Shown here in pieces: positions 1 through 10,236 of a stretch of DNA of 64,000 bases. Within the stretch, counting starts at the first letter, position 1. Every line of letters starts with the position of its first letter. Under the pieces are notes generated by a model that worked only from the letters and a program-made list of their open reading frames with translations, was not told the DNA's origin and did no database searches. Source of the stretch: a virus (taxonomy: Duplodnaviria; Heunggongvirae; Uroviricota; Caudoviricetes); the IMG/VR virus record IMGVR_UViG_2862035965_000001; one strand, given 5' to 3'. The position numbers and the translations under genes were made by a program.

Positions 1-28
1 TCTTTTTGCAGCCTAGGAGTCCACTGCT

Positions 29-1864
29 ATGACCTCAACAACTCAGCCCGCCACCACACCTAAACACAGCGCAGACACCACTTCTGAGCCCTGGGATGTG
101 GTCATTGAAAACACCCTCGAACCATTCCAAAAGGTCGTTCGTCAATTTATGATCGACCGACCTTATTCAGGTATTTTCCTCAACATGGGTGGTGGAAAAA
201 CACTGACCACCCTGTCCGCATTGACCTATATCCAGCCGCCAGGACACATTCTGGTTGTCGCGCCCTTAAATATCTCTCGGCTCACCTGGCCTGAAGAAGT
301 TCGCAAATGGAATATCCCTGTCAACGCGGTATCGCTGATCACCAATGAGCGCGGTACGAAACTCACTCGGGCCAAACGCCTCAAGCTCTACGAGGAGACA
401 GCGACAACGCCACCAACGCTGTATTACATCACCATTAATCTGCTCGAAGATATTGTCAATTACTTTGGGGATAGGTGGCCTTTTTGGACAGTCATTATTG
501 ATGAGTCCCAGACAATCTCTGATGTATCCTCCAAGCGCACCAAAGCACTATTTTCTGTGCGACCTCATATCGGCAGGCTGATTCTGCTCACCGGAACGCC
601 GAGTGCTAATAAGTTCGACGCCATTTATGCCCAAGTCGCGGTATTGGATTATGGTGCCAGCCTGGGTGAAAACATCGACGTTTTCCGTGCAAGATGGTGT
701 GCACCAGACGTTATTACCGATAAACAGGTACGCCGCTGGAAACCGGCTAACAAACAGGCCGAGGCAGAGGTCTACCGCACTATTAGTCATCTTGTTATGT
801 CTGCCGTTAACACAGACATCAAGCTGCCACCGCTGCATTTTGTCGATCATGAGGTACACATGAACGACGATGAGCACCGCGATTATGAACTCTTCAAAAA
901 AGACGCCGTACTCGCAGCACTACTCGATATGGCTGAAGATAATGAAGTAGCACACGCAGACACACCGCCTCCATCAACCACACCAGCGCCGACACCAGCA
1001 TCACCACAGCACTCCGCCCCCGCTATCCCAACCGGTCTACTTCAAGCCGTAGCACAATCCACCTCACCAAGTGGTCGCGCTATTGCCCCTGTGACCACCG
1101 CTGAACTTGACCATTTTGATGATCTGCCAGTACAGCGCCAAGAAGATCTTGGCGCCTTGGTTGTCATCTCTGCGGTCCACGCTGCAACCTTGCGTATGAA
1201 GTTACTGCAATATGCCGGTGGTGCTGTCTATGTCGATCCAGAAGATTCTGCTCAAGCTCAAGATCTGGACGCCAGCACTGCACGTGATGTTATCGACGCT
1301 ACCAACGCCGCCATGACCACCATGACGTCCAGACCCACCATGATCGTGCATTTGCACAAAGTGCGTAAAGTCATTGAGATTTTGTGTAACCCTGCACTTG
1401 GTGGCGAGCCTGTGCACATCGACCAGGATGAGAACGGAAGGCAGTTGTACACGCCGACACCCACACTTGTTGCTTATCGCTTTATCTCTGATAAAGAGAT
1501 TCTGCTTCATTATCTGGCGCAGGCCGGGGTTCAAGGTGTGGAGGTCTTTGATGGGTCGCCTGACATACTGCGCCGTTGGAATGCGGGGCGCATTCCGGTC
1601 TTACTTTTGCAGCCTGCGTCTGCTGGTCACGGCTTGAATTTCCAGCACGGTGGTCACCGCTTGATCTGGTACAACCTACCAGACAATAACGAGCACTATA
1701 TGCAAGCGAATGCCCGCTTGCACCGTATTGGTCAAAAAGACCCCGTGACCATTCACCGCATTATTACTGCTGATACTTATGATGCGAATATGCCGGCGAT
1801 TCTGGCCGGTAAAGCAAATAGACAGCAACGTCTCATCGACGCGGTGCGCCGTGACCCTGTATAA
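29..1864 (+). CDS. SNF2-family (superfamily II) helicase/ATPase
   Basis: Motif I NMGGGKT, motif II IIDESQ, motif III LTGTP, C-terminal GHGLNFQ and QANARLHRIGQ motifs. Confidence 0.88.
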   Translation: MTSTTQPATTPKHSADTTSEPWDVVIENTLEPFQKVVRQFMIDRPYSGIFLNMGGGKTLTTLSALTYIQPPGHILVVAPLNISRLTWPEEVRKWNIPVNAVSLITNERGTKLTRAKRLKLYEETATTPPTLYYITINLLEDIVNYFGDRWPFWTVIIDESQTISDVSSKRTKALFSVRPHIGRLILLTGTPSANKFDAIYAQVAVLDYGASLGENIDVFRARWCAPDVITDKQVRRWKPANKQAEAEVYRTISHLVMSAVNTDIKLPPLHFVDHEVHMNDDEHRDYELFKKDAVLAALLDMAEDNEVAHADTPPPSTTPAPTPASPQHSAPAIPTGLLQAVAQSTSPSGRAIAPVTTAELDHFDDLPVQRQEDLGALVVISAVHAATLRMKLLQYAGGAVYVDPEDSAQAQDLDASTARDVIDATNAAMTTMTSRPTMIVHLHKVRKVIEILCNPALGGEPVHIDQDENGRQLYTPTPTLVAYRFISDKEILLHYLAQAGVQGVEVFDGSPDILRRWNAGRIPVLLLQPASAGHGLNFQHGGHRLIWYNLPDNNEHYMQANARLHRIGQKDPVTIHRIITADTYDANMPAILAGKANRQQRLIDAVRRDPV

Positions 1865-1988
1865 GACCGGCACGCTCATTCCGTTTTAGCTACTAAGCAC
1901 CAATCACAACACTGCAAACACACCCCAATCAGCATGATCGCGCCGGTTGGGGTGTCGCGCTGCCACCATATAAGAAAGCACCAATCTC

Positions 1989-2372
1989 ATGTCCCACACT
2001 GACAACAATTCCCAACACCCACCCATCCCCAAGGGTTTTTGGCAACAGATTGATCACCAGCTCGATCGCATCGTCGCGCAACGCCCCGAGACCTTCGACG
2101 CACTGCGTGAGACGTTGCTCGATCCCGCCTACACCGCGATTGTCCATGACCGAGATCGCTACGGCGTTGTTACCTATGACTCCAATTCAGCCTTTTTCTC
2201 AGGCTCTGGCGGAGACAACGGCCTGGCCGATGTGCTCATTAACTGTGATTGGCGCATGACTGACTACCGCGCTGCATACTACTTTGTCATGACACACAAA
2301 TACACCAAAGAATCATTTACCTATATCGAAGGCGACGTGAAACGCGGCGATCTCATCGACAACGACAATTAG
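1989..2372 (+). CDS. Hypothetical protein
   Basis: 127-aa ORF with AGAAAG RBS 10 nt upstream, co-oriented with neighbours. Confidence 0.7.
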   Translation: MSHTDNNSQHPPIPKGFWQQIDHQLDRIVAQRPETFDALRETLLDPAYTAIVHDRDRYGVVTYDSNSAFFSGSGGDNGLADVLINCDWRMTDYRAAYYFVMTHKYTKESFTYIEGDVKRGDLIDNDN

Positions 2373-2384
2373 GGAGAAACCATC

Positions 2385-2735
2385 ATGCCCCGTATCAACA
2401 TGTATCTCGCAGGCCCCATGACCGGCTACCCCGAGTACAACTACCCCGCCTTTCATGCGGTAGCACAGCGTTTCCGTGCAGCTGGCTTTACCGTACTCTC
2501 CCCTGCCGAAGATGAATATGAAACGCAGCTGACGGCACCACTGCCTGAGAACGCCGAGCACAAATATGGCTACTACTTGCGCCTCGGTATCGAAAAGCTG
2601 CTCAAGGCTGATGTTGTCCATATGCTGAAAGGGTGGCAAAACAGCACTGGCGCTACCTTAGAGCACAACATTGCGCAGAAACTGGGCCTGTCGATCACCT
2701 ATGAAGAGCCACCAACAACTCTCGTTGATACCTGA
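2385..2735 (+). CDS. DUF4406 / nucleoside 2-deoxyribosyltransferase-like protein
   Basis: YLAGPMTG…YNYPAF…GFTVLSPA…GWQNSTGATLEHNIAQKLG is the typical pattern of this phage family. Confidence 0.75.
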   Translation: MPRINMYLAGPMTGYPEYNYPAFHAVAQRFRAAGFTVLSPAEDEYETQLTAPLPENAEHKYGYYLRLGIEKLLKADVVHMLKGWQNSTGATLEHNIAQKLGLSITYEEPPTTLVDT

Positions 2736-2745
2736 GATGAATTAA

Positions 2746-2774
2746 ACCCCCGCTAAGACAATCTCAGCGGGGGT
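2746..2774. terminator. Hairpin terminator between convergent genes
   Basis: ACCCCCGCT…AGCGGGGGT inverted repeat between the DUF4406 gene and the cgpS stop. Confidence 0.7.
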
Positions 2775-2841
2775 GATCATGAATGAGTGTGCTGCCCAGG
2801 GAGGAACCTCTAGTACCGTTCAACAATTCTCCACGTGGTTC

Positions 2842-3192
2842 TTATTCGAAAGGAATACCTTCTTCTTCGCAATACTCTTTGTACGCGTCGATAATTTCTT
2901 GTGGCACGATACCGCGTTGTCCTACCTGCATGTCGTTATCGAGTGCCCATAGGCGTGCTTTGCGATGCAATTCTGCATCTATGGAGCCACGGCGCACCTG
3001 TCGTGCGGATTCTTCACGGCCAATCTTGATGACTTCTTTAAGCGTGATCATATCGAGCTCTGTGTCAATGTCGTCGCCGTTAAGGTCAACCACATACTGC
3101 TTGCCGTTGTAGACCACACCAACAGAGACAACATTGGTGATGCGTTCGTGTGAAACGTCGGATGTGTATTCGACCGACTGAATAATCGCCAT
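2842..3192 (-). CDS. cgpS: Lsr2-like xenogeneic silencer / nucleoid-associated protein CgpS
   Basis: MAIIQSVEYTSDVS…YVVDL N-terminal oligomerisation domain; C-terminal ARLWALDNDMQVGQRGIVPQEIIDAY DNA-binding domain with RGI variant of the Lsr2 RGR hook. Start placed at ATG 3192. Confidence 0.88.
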   Translation of the reverse strand: MAIIQSVEYTSDVSHERITNVVSVGVVYNGKQYVVDLNGDDIDTELDMITLKEVIKIGREESARQVRRGSIDAELHRKARLWALDNDMQVGQRGIVPQEIIDAYKEYCEEEGIPFE

Positions 3193-3794
3193 GTCCATAG
3201 TCCTAACCAATCATGTAATAAATGCAATAACTTAATGTCACATAATACTACATAATTTATTGTGTTTAGGTTATGTCAAAGTTATTGACATACTTTCTTA
3301 AAGCTCGTGATTGAACATCCAGCAGGGTTAAAAAAACTTCTTTAATCAAGTCTTTTCCTCACTAGTTGCCCTTATTCTCCATTAAATCACTAAATTATCT
3401 AATAATGCAATTCAATCGACCCTTATTGGTCAATTAAGTGTCAATTAAAGGGGTTTTCTTATGACTAATGAAAAGTAGCGTCGGTATCCACTTTTAATCT
3501 TTGCGCCAAAACCCGCAGTGAAACTAGTTAATAACCTAAATTACATTCACGACTCACCATTAAGACTAATAACAGCATGTCCTTTTGGTCGCTGCTCGCA
3601 CACCGTAGGAGATCATTTCCGTCTACGGTGACGCACACATCCGACCATGCCAACGACTAGTAAAAGCACAGTCAATCCGCGGATACCACCAGCATAGGCA
3701 CACGCCGGCAGTGATGCACCGCACTTGAGAAAAATAAATCATCTCAAGAAACAAACTAATACGTTATTATTGTATTTCAAATAGATAAAAGAAA

Positions 3795-4415
3795 GTGACT
3801 TTTAAAGTGCTTATTCGCCTTGCCGAGCATCAAGGTCGGCTCCATGTCCATAGCCCCTACTCAAAAGCTTTTACCACCCGCGCCCGAAAGCTCAACGGTC
3901 TCTGGTCACCCGAAACAAAGACCTGGCATTTCAGCCTCGATAAAGAACAACAAGTGCGACGTACGCTCAAGGATGTCTACGGTTGGGATGAACATGCGAC
4001 CCCCGAACTGTGCACTGTACAGCTCACTGTGACCCCAGAAACAATCCTCAACAAACACACACTCACCATCGCCGGCGCAACAATACTTAGTCGTGTACGC
4101 AGAAATTACTCTGTGTGGCTAGGCGATAATGTCCGCATCATCAGCGGTAATTTCCCAGAAGCAGCAGGATCACCCCAGTACCCCCTCATCATGGGTGTGG
4201 GTGCTCAACCTGTTGTTATCCATGTGCAGAAATTCCCTGTAGATGCTGTTTCGACTATTCCCCCTCGATTTAATCCTATTGTTGTCACCGCGCCACCGAA
4301 CATAGATATTGCAGCTCTTCGAGCTGAACGCGAGCGCCTAACTCACCGCATCAGCGAAATTGACAAGAAAATCGCAAGTGCTGTGCACCCAACCATCCAG
4401 ACTGAGGCTGCCTAA
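3795..4415 (+). CDS. Hypothetical protein
   Basis: 206-aa ORF, GTG start after AGAAA, first gene of the operon divergent from cgpS. Confidence 0.65.
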   Translation: MTFKVLIRLAEHQGRLHVHSPYSKAFTTRARKLNGLWSPETKTWHFSLDKEQQVRRTLKDVYGWDEHATPELCTVQLTVTPETILNKHTLTIAGATILSRVRRNYSVWLGDNVRIISGNFPEAAGSPQYPLIMGVGAQPVVIHVQKFPVDAVSTIPPRFNPIVVTAPPNIDIAALRAERERLTHRISEIDKKIASAVHPTIQTEAA

Positions 4416-4417
4416 TA

Positions 4418-4957
4418 ATGATGCAGACCCTTAAGCGGAAAATTCCGCTCATCTCATGTAATAGCCTCAAAGAAGTGCAGTTACTTTTTCTTAAAGGTCA
4501 GATGCACGCAGTCGGCTACAAGCTAGATACCGATCTTCGCAAGCTTACCAATACCGACGTACGGGATCTTATTAACGAACTCTTCGGCACCACTGTGACC
4601 AGCAAAGATGACCCGGTGGCAGATTATGCCACCACCGATCCTGAGTTCGCGGTCCTCGTTGAGTTGGTCTACCACGACTGCGCACGCCGCGCTGCCATGG
4701 GTCTATCCAGGGTGCAGCAGCTTATTTATAACAACGCTACCAAGTCAACCCACTACCGCAGTGTTGCTGCCAACCATCGCAAACACATCCGTGAGCTTCA
4801 CGAACAAACACAACGAGATGGTATTCACCTCGACAACCTGTTGTCTCGTGCAGTGATCACCGATCTCAGCGTTGCCATGAACCGTGCTCGATTAGACAAC
4901 ATCGCTTCGTGGAAATCAGCCGGCGTGCAGCGCTATCTCAACCCCACCATCTCTTAA
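4418..4957 (+). CDS. Hypothetical protein
   Basis: 179-aa ORF starting 2 nt after the upstream stop. Confidence 0.65.
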   Translation: MMQTLKRKIPLISCNSLKEVQLLFLKGQMHAVGYKLDTDLRKLTNTDVRDLINELFGTTVTSKDDPVADYATTDPEFAVLVELVYHDCARRAAMGLSRVQQLIYNNATKSTHYRSVAANHRKHIRELHEQTQRDGIHLDNLLSRAVITDLSVAMNRARLDNIASWKSAGVQRYLNPTIS

Positions 4958-4986
4958 AAACCCACAACCAAGAAAGCAGCCAATCC

Positions 4987-5520
4987 ATGACCACTGCATC
5001 ACCACTCAAGCCCAAGAATTCCCTCAACGGCGCCCAGACAACCTTTGTGCACAACTGTATTACCGATGGTCCTACCGAGCTAAAAAACACCATTGATGCA
5101 CGTGGCGGTATCGAGCAGCTCCGTGACAATGAAATTTCGCAGCTCCCTGACAAGCTGTGGTTCAATAGCGCAACTTCGACATCCAATGACGAATTCACCA
5201 CCGATGATGCTCGACTAGCGCTGCTGTACAACATGGCGCTGAATAAGGCATTAGCGCATCGCAATGAGCTTGCCGCCCGCTGGTACGCCATTGTTAATCC
5301 GCAAACCTCACAGGAAGCCAGCCACAAGCGCATTGCGTCCTGGCATCTTACACAGTTACACGCCCTAGTCACCCTGTCCCGCACCCTAGGGATCATCATT
5401 CCTGGCGATGAGATCGACACTGTAGCACAGTCGATGGAAAAAGCCCGTCAAGCCGGCACTGAAAATTGGTCCACTGTCGCTATGCGCACCTACGTGATCA
5501 ACCACAAGGCATCCAAATGA
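4987..5520 (+). CDS. Hypothetical protein
   Basis: ATG 4987 (MTTASP) preceded by AGAAAG; stop overlaps next start (ATGA). Confidence 0.65.
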   Translation: MTTASPLKPKNSLNGAQTTFVHNCITDGPTELKNTIDARGGIEQLRDNEISQLPDKLWFNSATSTSNDEFTTDDARLALLYNMALNKALAHRNELAARWYAIVNPQTSQEASHKRIASWHLTQLHALVTLSRTLGIIIPGDEIDTVAQSMEKARQAGTENWSTVAMRTYVINHKASK

Positions 5521-6263
5521 CTCGCGATATTTTCCACGAGGCTGCAAAACTCATCGCGCACCTGGGGTGGAAAGACGCTTTTCCTGCGCTGCAGCGCACA
5601 GACCCAGCGCCAACACATGCCGTGCCGATCAGGGCTTTTGACCCCAAAGCAGGGGACATCATCACCGATGACAATCGAGACAGTGCTTATATCTATGACA
5701 CCCTGGTCATCACCCAGCCCTATAAACACGAGTTACCGAATCAGAACACCCACCCGTACGAATGGGCTCTCAAACAAATTGCCACACTTGATCCAGCGTT
5801 CTCAATCAAGCTCGATCGCTCAGTGGCCGTCCCTGAAATTGGACTTTACGCCCGCACACTGCATGACCTTAATACTCAGCATCAGGACTTTTTGGCACAG
5901 CGTAATGCCATGCTGCTTGTTGTCGCACAATGCGGTGCTGATCCAAAAAATATCGCAGACGTACTTGGTGTGACCACCGACCAGATCTATCGGATTCTCA
6001 GTGCTACCCCGGCTGAATCCCCCGCCCACTTGGGTATTAGCCCTGCCACGACAATGGGTGATGTGGTCGAATTCATAAAAAAACGTCGCGCCACCATGCA
6101 CCTGCGCAGCGTGGCTGTTCGCGCACTGCTTTTTCATGGTCTCACGCCAGCGGTTATCTCCCGACTCAGCGGCATGTCGCGAGCCGGTGTAATCAACGCA
6201 GCCAAGGCATTCCCCACCACCAACCACAACGATAAGAAAAGAAAGCAGCACTTCCATGTCTAA
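5517..6263 (+). CDS. Hypothetical protein with HTH-like segments
   Basis: ATGA-coupled to the upstream gene; PKNIADVLGVTTDQIYRIL and PAVISRLSGMSRAGVINA resemble helix-turn-helix motifs. Confidence 0.6.
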   Translation: MTRDIFHEAAKLIAHLGWKDAFPALQRTDPAPTHAVPIRAFDPKAGDIITDDNRDSAYIYDTLVITQPYKHELPNQNTHPYEWALKQIATLDPAFSIKLDRSVAVPEIGLYARTLHDLNTQHQDFLAQRNAMLLVVAQCGADPKNIADVLGVTTDQIYRILSATPAESPAHLGISPATTMGDVVEFIKKRRATMHLRSVAVRALLFHGLTPAVISRLSGMSRAGVINAAKAFPTTNHNDKKRKQHFHV

Positions 6264-6444
6264 TCTCGGCAACTACTACGCAGCACGACGTACCGTTATT
6301 GAGCAACTACGCAATGAAGGTCTTGACGCGAAACAGATCGCGGCACAATTGCAGCTCAGCCCCGATCTCATTAACGCAGATCTTGAGGCTCTAGAAAAAG
6401 AGAAGGGTGAAACCCAGAAAAAATATCAGCAGCGTGGTCTTTAG
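6256..6444 (+). CDS. Small HTH-like DNA-binding protein
   Basis: LRNEGLDAKQIAAQLQLSPDLINADL is HTH-like; overlaps the upstream stop. Confidence 0.55.
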   Translation: MSNLGNYYAARRTVIEQLRNEGLDAKQIAAQLQLSPDLINADLEALEKEKGETQKKYQQRGL

Positions 6445-6551
6445 CCTTAATCGCCAACGCCACACTGAGCCAACCACCGCAATAGCCCAGCAACATGATG
6501 TCGCTGGGCTATTGCGCATTTCTACACACCCGCACCATGAAAGGAGATCCA

Positions 6552-6890
6552 ATGATGACCCCTCAACCAATGGTCGCGCTCTTTACCCTCCACGCTAATC
6601 CCGTGCATGACCGCAAAGAACGCGCCACCACCATTACTGGCTCGCTAAGCTCCATCCGTCGCTGGCTGGTCTCGCAATCAGATCTTTATGGCTGGAATCT
6701 GGGCGATTTCTCAGCCTGGGGTCTTGATCGACGCGATCGTGACCCTTGTGAAATCATCCCTGAGCTTAATCAAGACACCCTACTCGCCTGTGCATCCCTG
6801 GTCTGGGATATTCCACTAGCTCATATTGCACTGCAGGCTGTGGTCCCCCAACCAGAAAATATCCCACTGATGAGAGCAGCGACGCTCTAA
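6552..6890 (+). CDS. Hypothetical protein
   Basis: ATG 6552 preceded by AAGGAG; followed by a terminator. Confidence 0.6.
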   Translation: MMTPQPMVALFTLHANPVHDRKERATTITGSLSSIRRWLVSQSDLYGWNLGDFSAWGLDRRDRDPCEIIPELNQDTLLACASLVWDIPLAHIALQAVVPQPENIPLMRAATL

Positions 6891-6894
6891 GCAC

Positions 6895-6933
6895 AAAAAA
6901 CAGCCATCAACACAACGTTGATGGCTGTTTTTT
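6895..6933. terminator. Bidirectional intrinsic terminator
   Basis: AAAAAACAGCCATCAAC-ACAAC-GTTGATGGCTGTTTTTT with A/T tails on both sides, between convergent genes. Confidence 0.85.
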
Positions 6934-6950
6934 AACCCTCTACTACTACA

Positions 6951-7520
6951 TTACTGTATCGCAGCAGCAAGTTCCTGCTCAGTAGGGATCGCCAATGGCG
7001 TACCCGCATAGATGAGGTCAGGATCAATCAGCTTGTTGCGATCAATGATCAACCCGACCGGCACACCACTGTCCTGAGAAATAGAGGACAAGGTTTCGCC
7101 ATTCTCAATGACGTGCACAGTACCTGGGCGTGCGGGTCCTGCGACAGCATCGAGTGCTGATGCTGGGCCATCACCGTTGTCAGTAATGGTGACGGTGGGG
7201 TCGGTGGGAGCCGTTGGCTCTTGAGCACTGTCGTGCTCACGGGGTTCTTTGTGATCTGAGTCTGCGCCTTCGGCGGTGCCTGTGTTGCTGTCGGCGTCAG
7301 ATGAAGAAGGATCGTGAACCTTCGTGACAATTTCCGTTTCTGTCACGACCTGGGTTTTTACCTCGTCCTGTGGCTCTACGACGGCCACTGTATTGACATC
7401 ACCACCGCCTTGAGCGAGAAAGGTCACGCCTGATCCACCTGCAATAACAGCAGCAGCAATAAACGCACCTGCTGCCACACCTGGCACTCGATTCTTCGGC
7501 ATTGCGCCTTTAACTGCCAT
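6951..7520 (-). CDS. Exported/membrane-anchored LysM-domain protein
   Basis: N-terminal hydrophobic helix (GVAAGAFIAAAVIAGG), acidic linker, C-terminal LysM (HVIENGETLSSISQDSGVPVGLIIDRNKLIDPDLIYAGTPLAIP). Confidence 0.85.
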   Translation of the reverse strand: MAVKGAMPKNRVPGVAAGAFIAAAVIAGGSGVTFLAQGGGDVNTVAVVEPQDEVKTQVVTETEIVTKVHDPSSSDADSNTGTAEGADSDHKEPREHDSAQEPTAPTDPTVTITDNGDGPASALDAVAGPARPGTVHVIENGETLSSISQDSGVPVGLIIDRNKLIDPDLIYAGTPLAIPTEQELAAAIQ

Positions 7521-7689
7521 GTTCGTTTGTCCTTTACCTTTACCCATTTAATGTTCCCTGGATACTACAAAATAAACTCTAGTATCTTATTAATTTCTGT
7601 TACTATTAACATATAGGTTTTTTTAAGTTTCGTCTACATAAACCTCCAACAGAAATCACCACTTCACTTCTCGAAAGGCTTTTTCTCTT

Positions 7690-8778
7690 ATGACCTATCC
7701 AGCCACCCCTACCCCAGCTCAGTCAGCACAGCAGACTAAGCCAGCAAAACAGTACGCTGCAAACCGCCTTCAGGAGGGTTCACAGATCCTCGTTGATGGT
7801 CGCATCAGCTTCTCCCGCATTGCGAGCTTCATTACTGGCGACGAGCGCGATCAGCGCAATCAGGGACAGACCTTCCCTATTAACTTTGATTACACCTCTC
7901 TCGGGCTAAGCCATGCTGCCGTCCGGTTCAAGGACCCACAGGCAGCCACCTATGAGGAAATGTTCATTCATGAGCGCCTCTACACCTCCCCCACTAAGCC
8001 GGACAATGGGCTCAACTACAGCATCGACAATAAGTCCAACCGTCTCCCACAGGTCTGGGTACCGGCCCTGGATGAAGCGGGTAACCCCACTGGCGCCCAT
8101 GAGCAGCTTGAAGGTCTTGAAGGTGAGCTTGATAACGGCCTCACGGCCACCATCCTGCTAGAGGTCTACAAGACCAGTCAGCCCAACCGTGGCATCCGAC
8201 TTAATGCTGTTTTCCTGCATGAACCTGTGCGCTACTACGCACGTGGCTTCAACACCGATCATCTTGCAGCACTAGGCATCGTGCTCAATGGTTCACCTAA
8301 GGACTCTGTACAGCTAGTACCAAACAATGACGGCGTACAGCAATCCGCCAACACCGACGCTAATGGTCTCCCATTGCCAGGTCAGGGCTACGGCGCACCA
8401 GCACCACAGCAAGCTGCACCTCAGCCTCAGTACCAGCAGTCAGCTCCACAGGCACAACCTGCACCGGCACCAGTTGCGCAGTTCCAGCAGGCAGCGCCTC
8501 AGGCACCTGCTCAGCCAGCACAGCAGCAGTATCAGGCACCACTTCCTGCTGGCAATCCTCTTGCAGCAGGTCAGCCAGTTGCGCCACAGGCCGGTTCTGC
8601 ATTTACCGATGCTCCGGGTGCTGTGCCACAGGCACCAGCAGTTCAGGCTGCTCCCGCTGTAGCTCAGGCGCCTGTCGCGCCAGTAGTTGATATGACCGAA
8701 CCAGCATCCCCATGGGATCTTCCAGCTGCACCTAGTCAGCCAGCGCAGCCAGCTCAGGGCATCACCTACCCGGCATAA
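7690..8778 (+). CDS. Putative ssDNA-binding/replication protein with long P/Q/A-rich tail
   Basis: Beta-rich N-terminal ~200 aa (GRISFSRI…ATILLEVY…GIRLNAVFL) followed by a disordered tail, directly upstream of the primase; the function is inferred. Confidence 0.45.
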   Translation: MTYPATPTPAQSAQQTKPAKQYAANRLQEGSQILVDGRISFSRIASFITGDERDQRNQGQTFPINFDYTSLGLSHAAVRFKDPQAATYEEMFIHERLYTSPTKPDNGLNYSIDNKSNRLPQVWVPALDEAGNPTGAHEQLEGLEGELDNGLTATILLEVYKTSQPNRGIRLNAVFLHEPVRYYARGFNTDHLAALGIVLNGSPKDSVQLVPNNDGVQQSANTDANGLPLPGQGYGAPAPQQAAPQPQYQQSAPQAQPAPAPVAQFQQAAPQAPAQPAQQQYQAPLPAGNPLAAGQPVAPQAGSAFTDAPGAVPQAPAVQAAPAVAQAPVAPVVDMTEPASPWDLPAAPSQPAQPAQGITYPA

Positions 8779-8795
8779 CAACCAGCACAACCCTT

Positions 8796-8836
8796 AGACC
8801 CCAGACTCGCATTTTGCAGGGTTTGGGGTCTTTTTT
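8796..8836 (+). terminator. Intrinsic terminator
   Basis: AGACCCCAGAC…GTTTGGGGTCT stem followed by a T run. Confidence 0.7.
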
Positions 8837-8930
8837 CACCAGGGTCGAGGCGCGGTCTGTGTGCCCACCTCGACCCGTTTTTCGCCCACCACTTTTCGCC
8901 AACCTACCAACAACAAAGCCCAGGTCACTT

Positions 8931-10211
8931 ATGGTCAACCCTCTTCACACGCTTGATAACTCACCGTTTGATCCGGTGGCACAGTTTCCTGCGTTTTATC
9001 ACAACCCGCTTATCAATCACTTGGGCCGCCGTCGCGCCTGGACAATCTCAGACATCAACAAACGCCCCATCAATGTCCAACAGATGCTGACCACGGCCAC
9101 CTACGGTAGCCCCGTTATTCATGGTGCCCGCATCGAAGACGCAGCAACCTCCCTGCTCACCCTGGATGAACTGCGTACACAGATTCCCACCGCTGCCAAC
9201 AATGCGTTTTATCTCGATGCTGTCCAAGATGGCTGTCTTATTTTAGATATTGAAAAAACCTGTCCCCCCGAGGTCGCAGCCACACTACTCACGCTCTCCC
9301 CCACCGCCTTTTACACAGAGGTGTCCATGAGTGGTCGTGGCTATCACCTGGTTATGCCGATACCAGAGAATTTCGCAGCGTTTCCTGCCGTACACAACAA
9401 ACCCAGTATCAAACACCCCAAGCGCTGGTTCGAAATTCTCACCTCACAGTGGATCACCTTCACCCGACAACCAATCCCAGAGCATGTTCTCCATCACAGT
9501 GAATCTGCTAACACAAGTGCTGTGCCATGGTTGAATGATCAACCACTTACATGGGAAAACGTCTTTGCAGACTTAGCTAAAACTGTTGCACCCAACTTAA
9601 AAACCGGTGCCGGACTTACCATCACACCCAATGCACTGATGCCACCAGATCTCAGCGATGCTGAGCGCATTCGCGACGATGAAGTCATCGACTCGACCTG
9701 TCGATTATTTGCCGAACATTACTCGAAAACACTTGCGGACTTCTATGATGATGCATCCCGGTTCGAGTTCAGCCAAATTGGTGTCATTATCAATCTACTG
9801 CTTCCCACTATGAGGATGCATCCCACCACGATCAGTCTCGACAAACCCATCAACTCCGATCACATCATCAGACTTCTGTTCGCTGTCGCTACTCGCATGA
9901 TCACTCACCGCAGCAAACATGATGAGGAGCGATCTGGCGTGCCGTATCTGATGTATCAGGTTATTTCCTGCCTTGACATGCGAGAACACCCCGACAATGG
10001 TGACTACCGTTTCGTACCCTCCCGGCATAGTAAAAACCATTACACCCATAACCCCCCAAACAATATCGTCCACCAACAACCACAACCCCAGCTCAGCACA
10101 GCAGATTCACCACATCACTACCGCGCACTACCCCAAGAAAACACGGTGTCCGAACACAGTTTTAAAATCTACAACCCGCCAGCTGCACCCCCTCTAGGAG
10201 GTGAGAAATAG
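8931..10211 (+). CDS. Archaeo-eukaryotic primase (Prim-Pol)-like protein
   Basis: Motif I variant LILDIEK, motif II EVSMSGRGYHLVMP, later helical domain (DDASRFEF…); start placed at ATG 8931. Confidence 0.7.
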   Translation: MVNPLHTLDNSPFDPVAQFPAFYHNPLINHLGRRRAWTISDINKRPINVQQMLTTATYGSPVIHGARIEDAATSLLTLDELRTQIPTAANNAFYLDAVQDGCLILDIEKTCPPEVAATLLTLSPTAFYTEVSMSGRGYHLVMPIPENFAAFPAVHNKPSIKHPKRWFEILTSQWITFTRQPIPEHVLHHSESANTSAVPWLNDQPLTWENVFADLAKTVAPNLKTGAGLTITPNALMPPDLSDAERIRDDEVIDSTCRLFAEHYSKTLADFYDDASRFEFSQIGVIINLLLPTMRMHPTTISLDKPINSDHIIRLLFAVATRMITHRSKHDEERSGVPYLMYQVISCLDMREHPDNGDYRFVPSRHSKNHYTHNPPNNIVHQQPQPQLSTADSPHHYRALPQENTVSEHSFKIYNPPAAPPLGGEK

Positions 10212-10220
10212 ATTTATTAT

Positions 10221-10236
10221 TGAAACACTTGTTCTA
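10221..10236. promoter_or_regulatory. Possible LexA (SOS) box
   Basis: TGAAACACTTGTTCTA versus the actinobacterial consensus TCGAAC-N4-GTTCGA: core has one mismatch, flanks deviate. It heads an AT-rich intergenic region. Confidence 0.35.

Noticed and set aside
3595-3635. CACCGTAG…CTACGGTG stem in the cgpS upstream region as an ncRNA
   Set aside because: A single short stem with no further structure or recognisable family.
7690-8778. Repetitive CAG/GCA/CCA-rich DNA as a possible CRISPR or tandem repeat array
   Set aside because: It encodes a P/Q/A low-complexity protein tail; there are no constant-length repeats with unique spacers. No CRISPR array was seen anywhere in the window.
8814-8930. 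N-terminal extension of the primase ORF
   Set aside because: It runs through a terminator hairpin and has no RBS; ATG 8931 is preferred.
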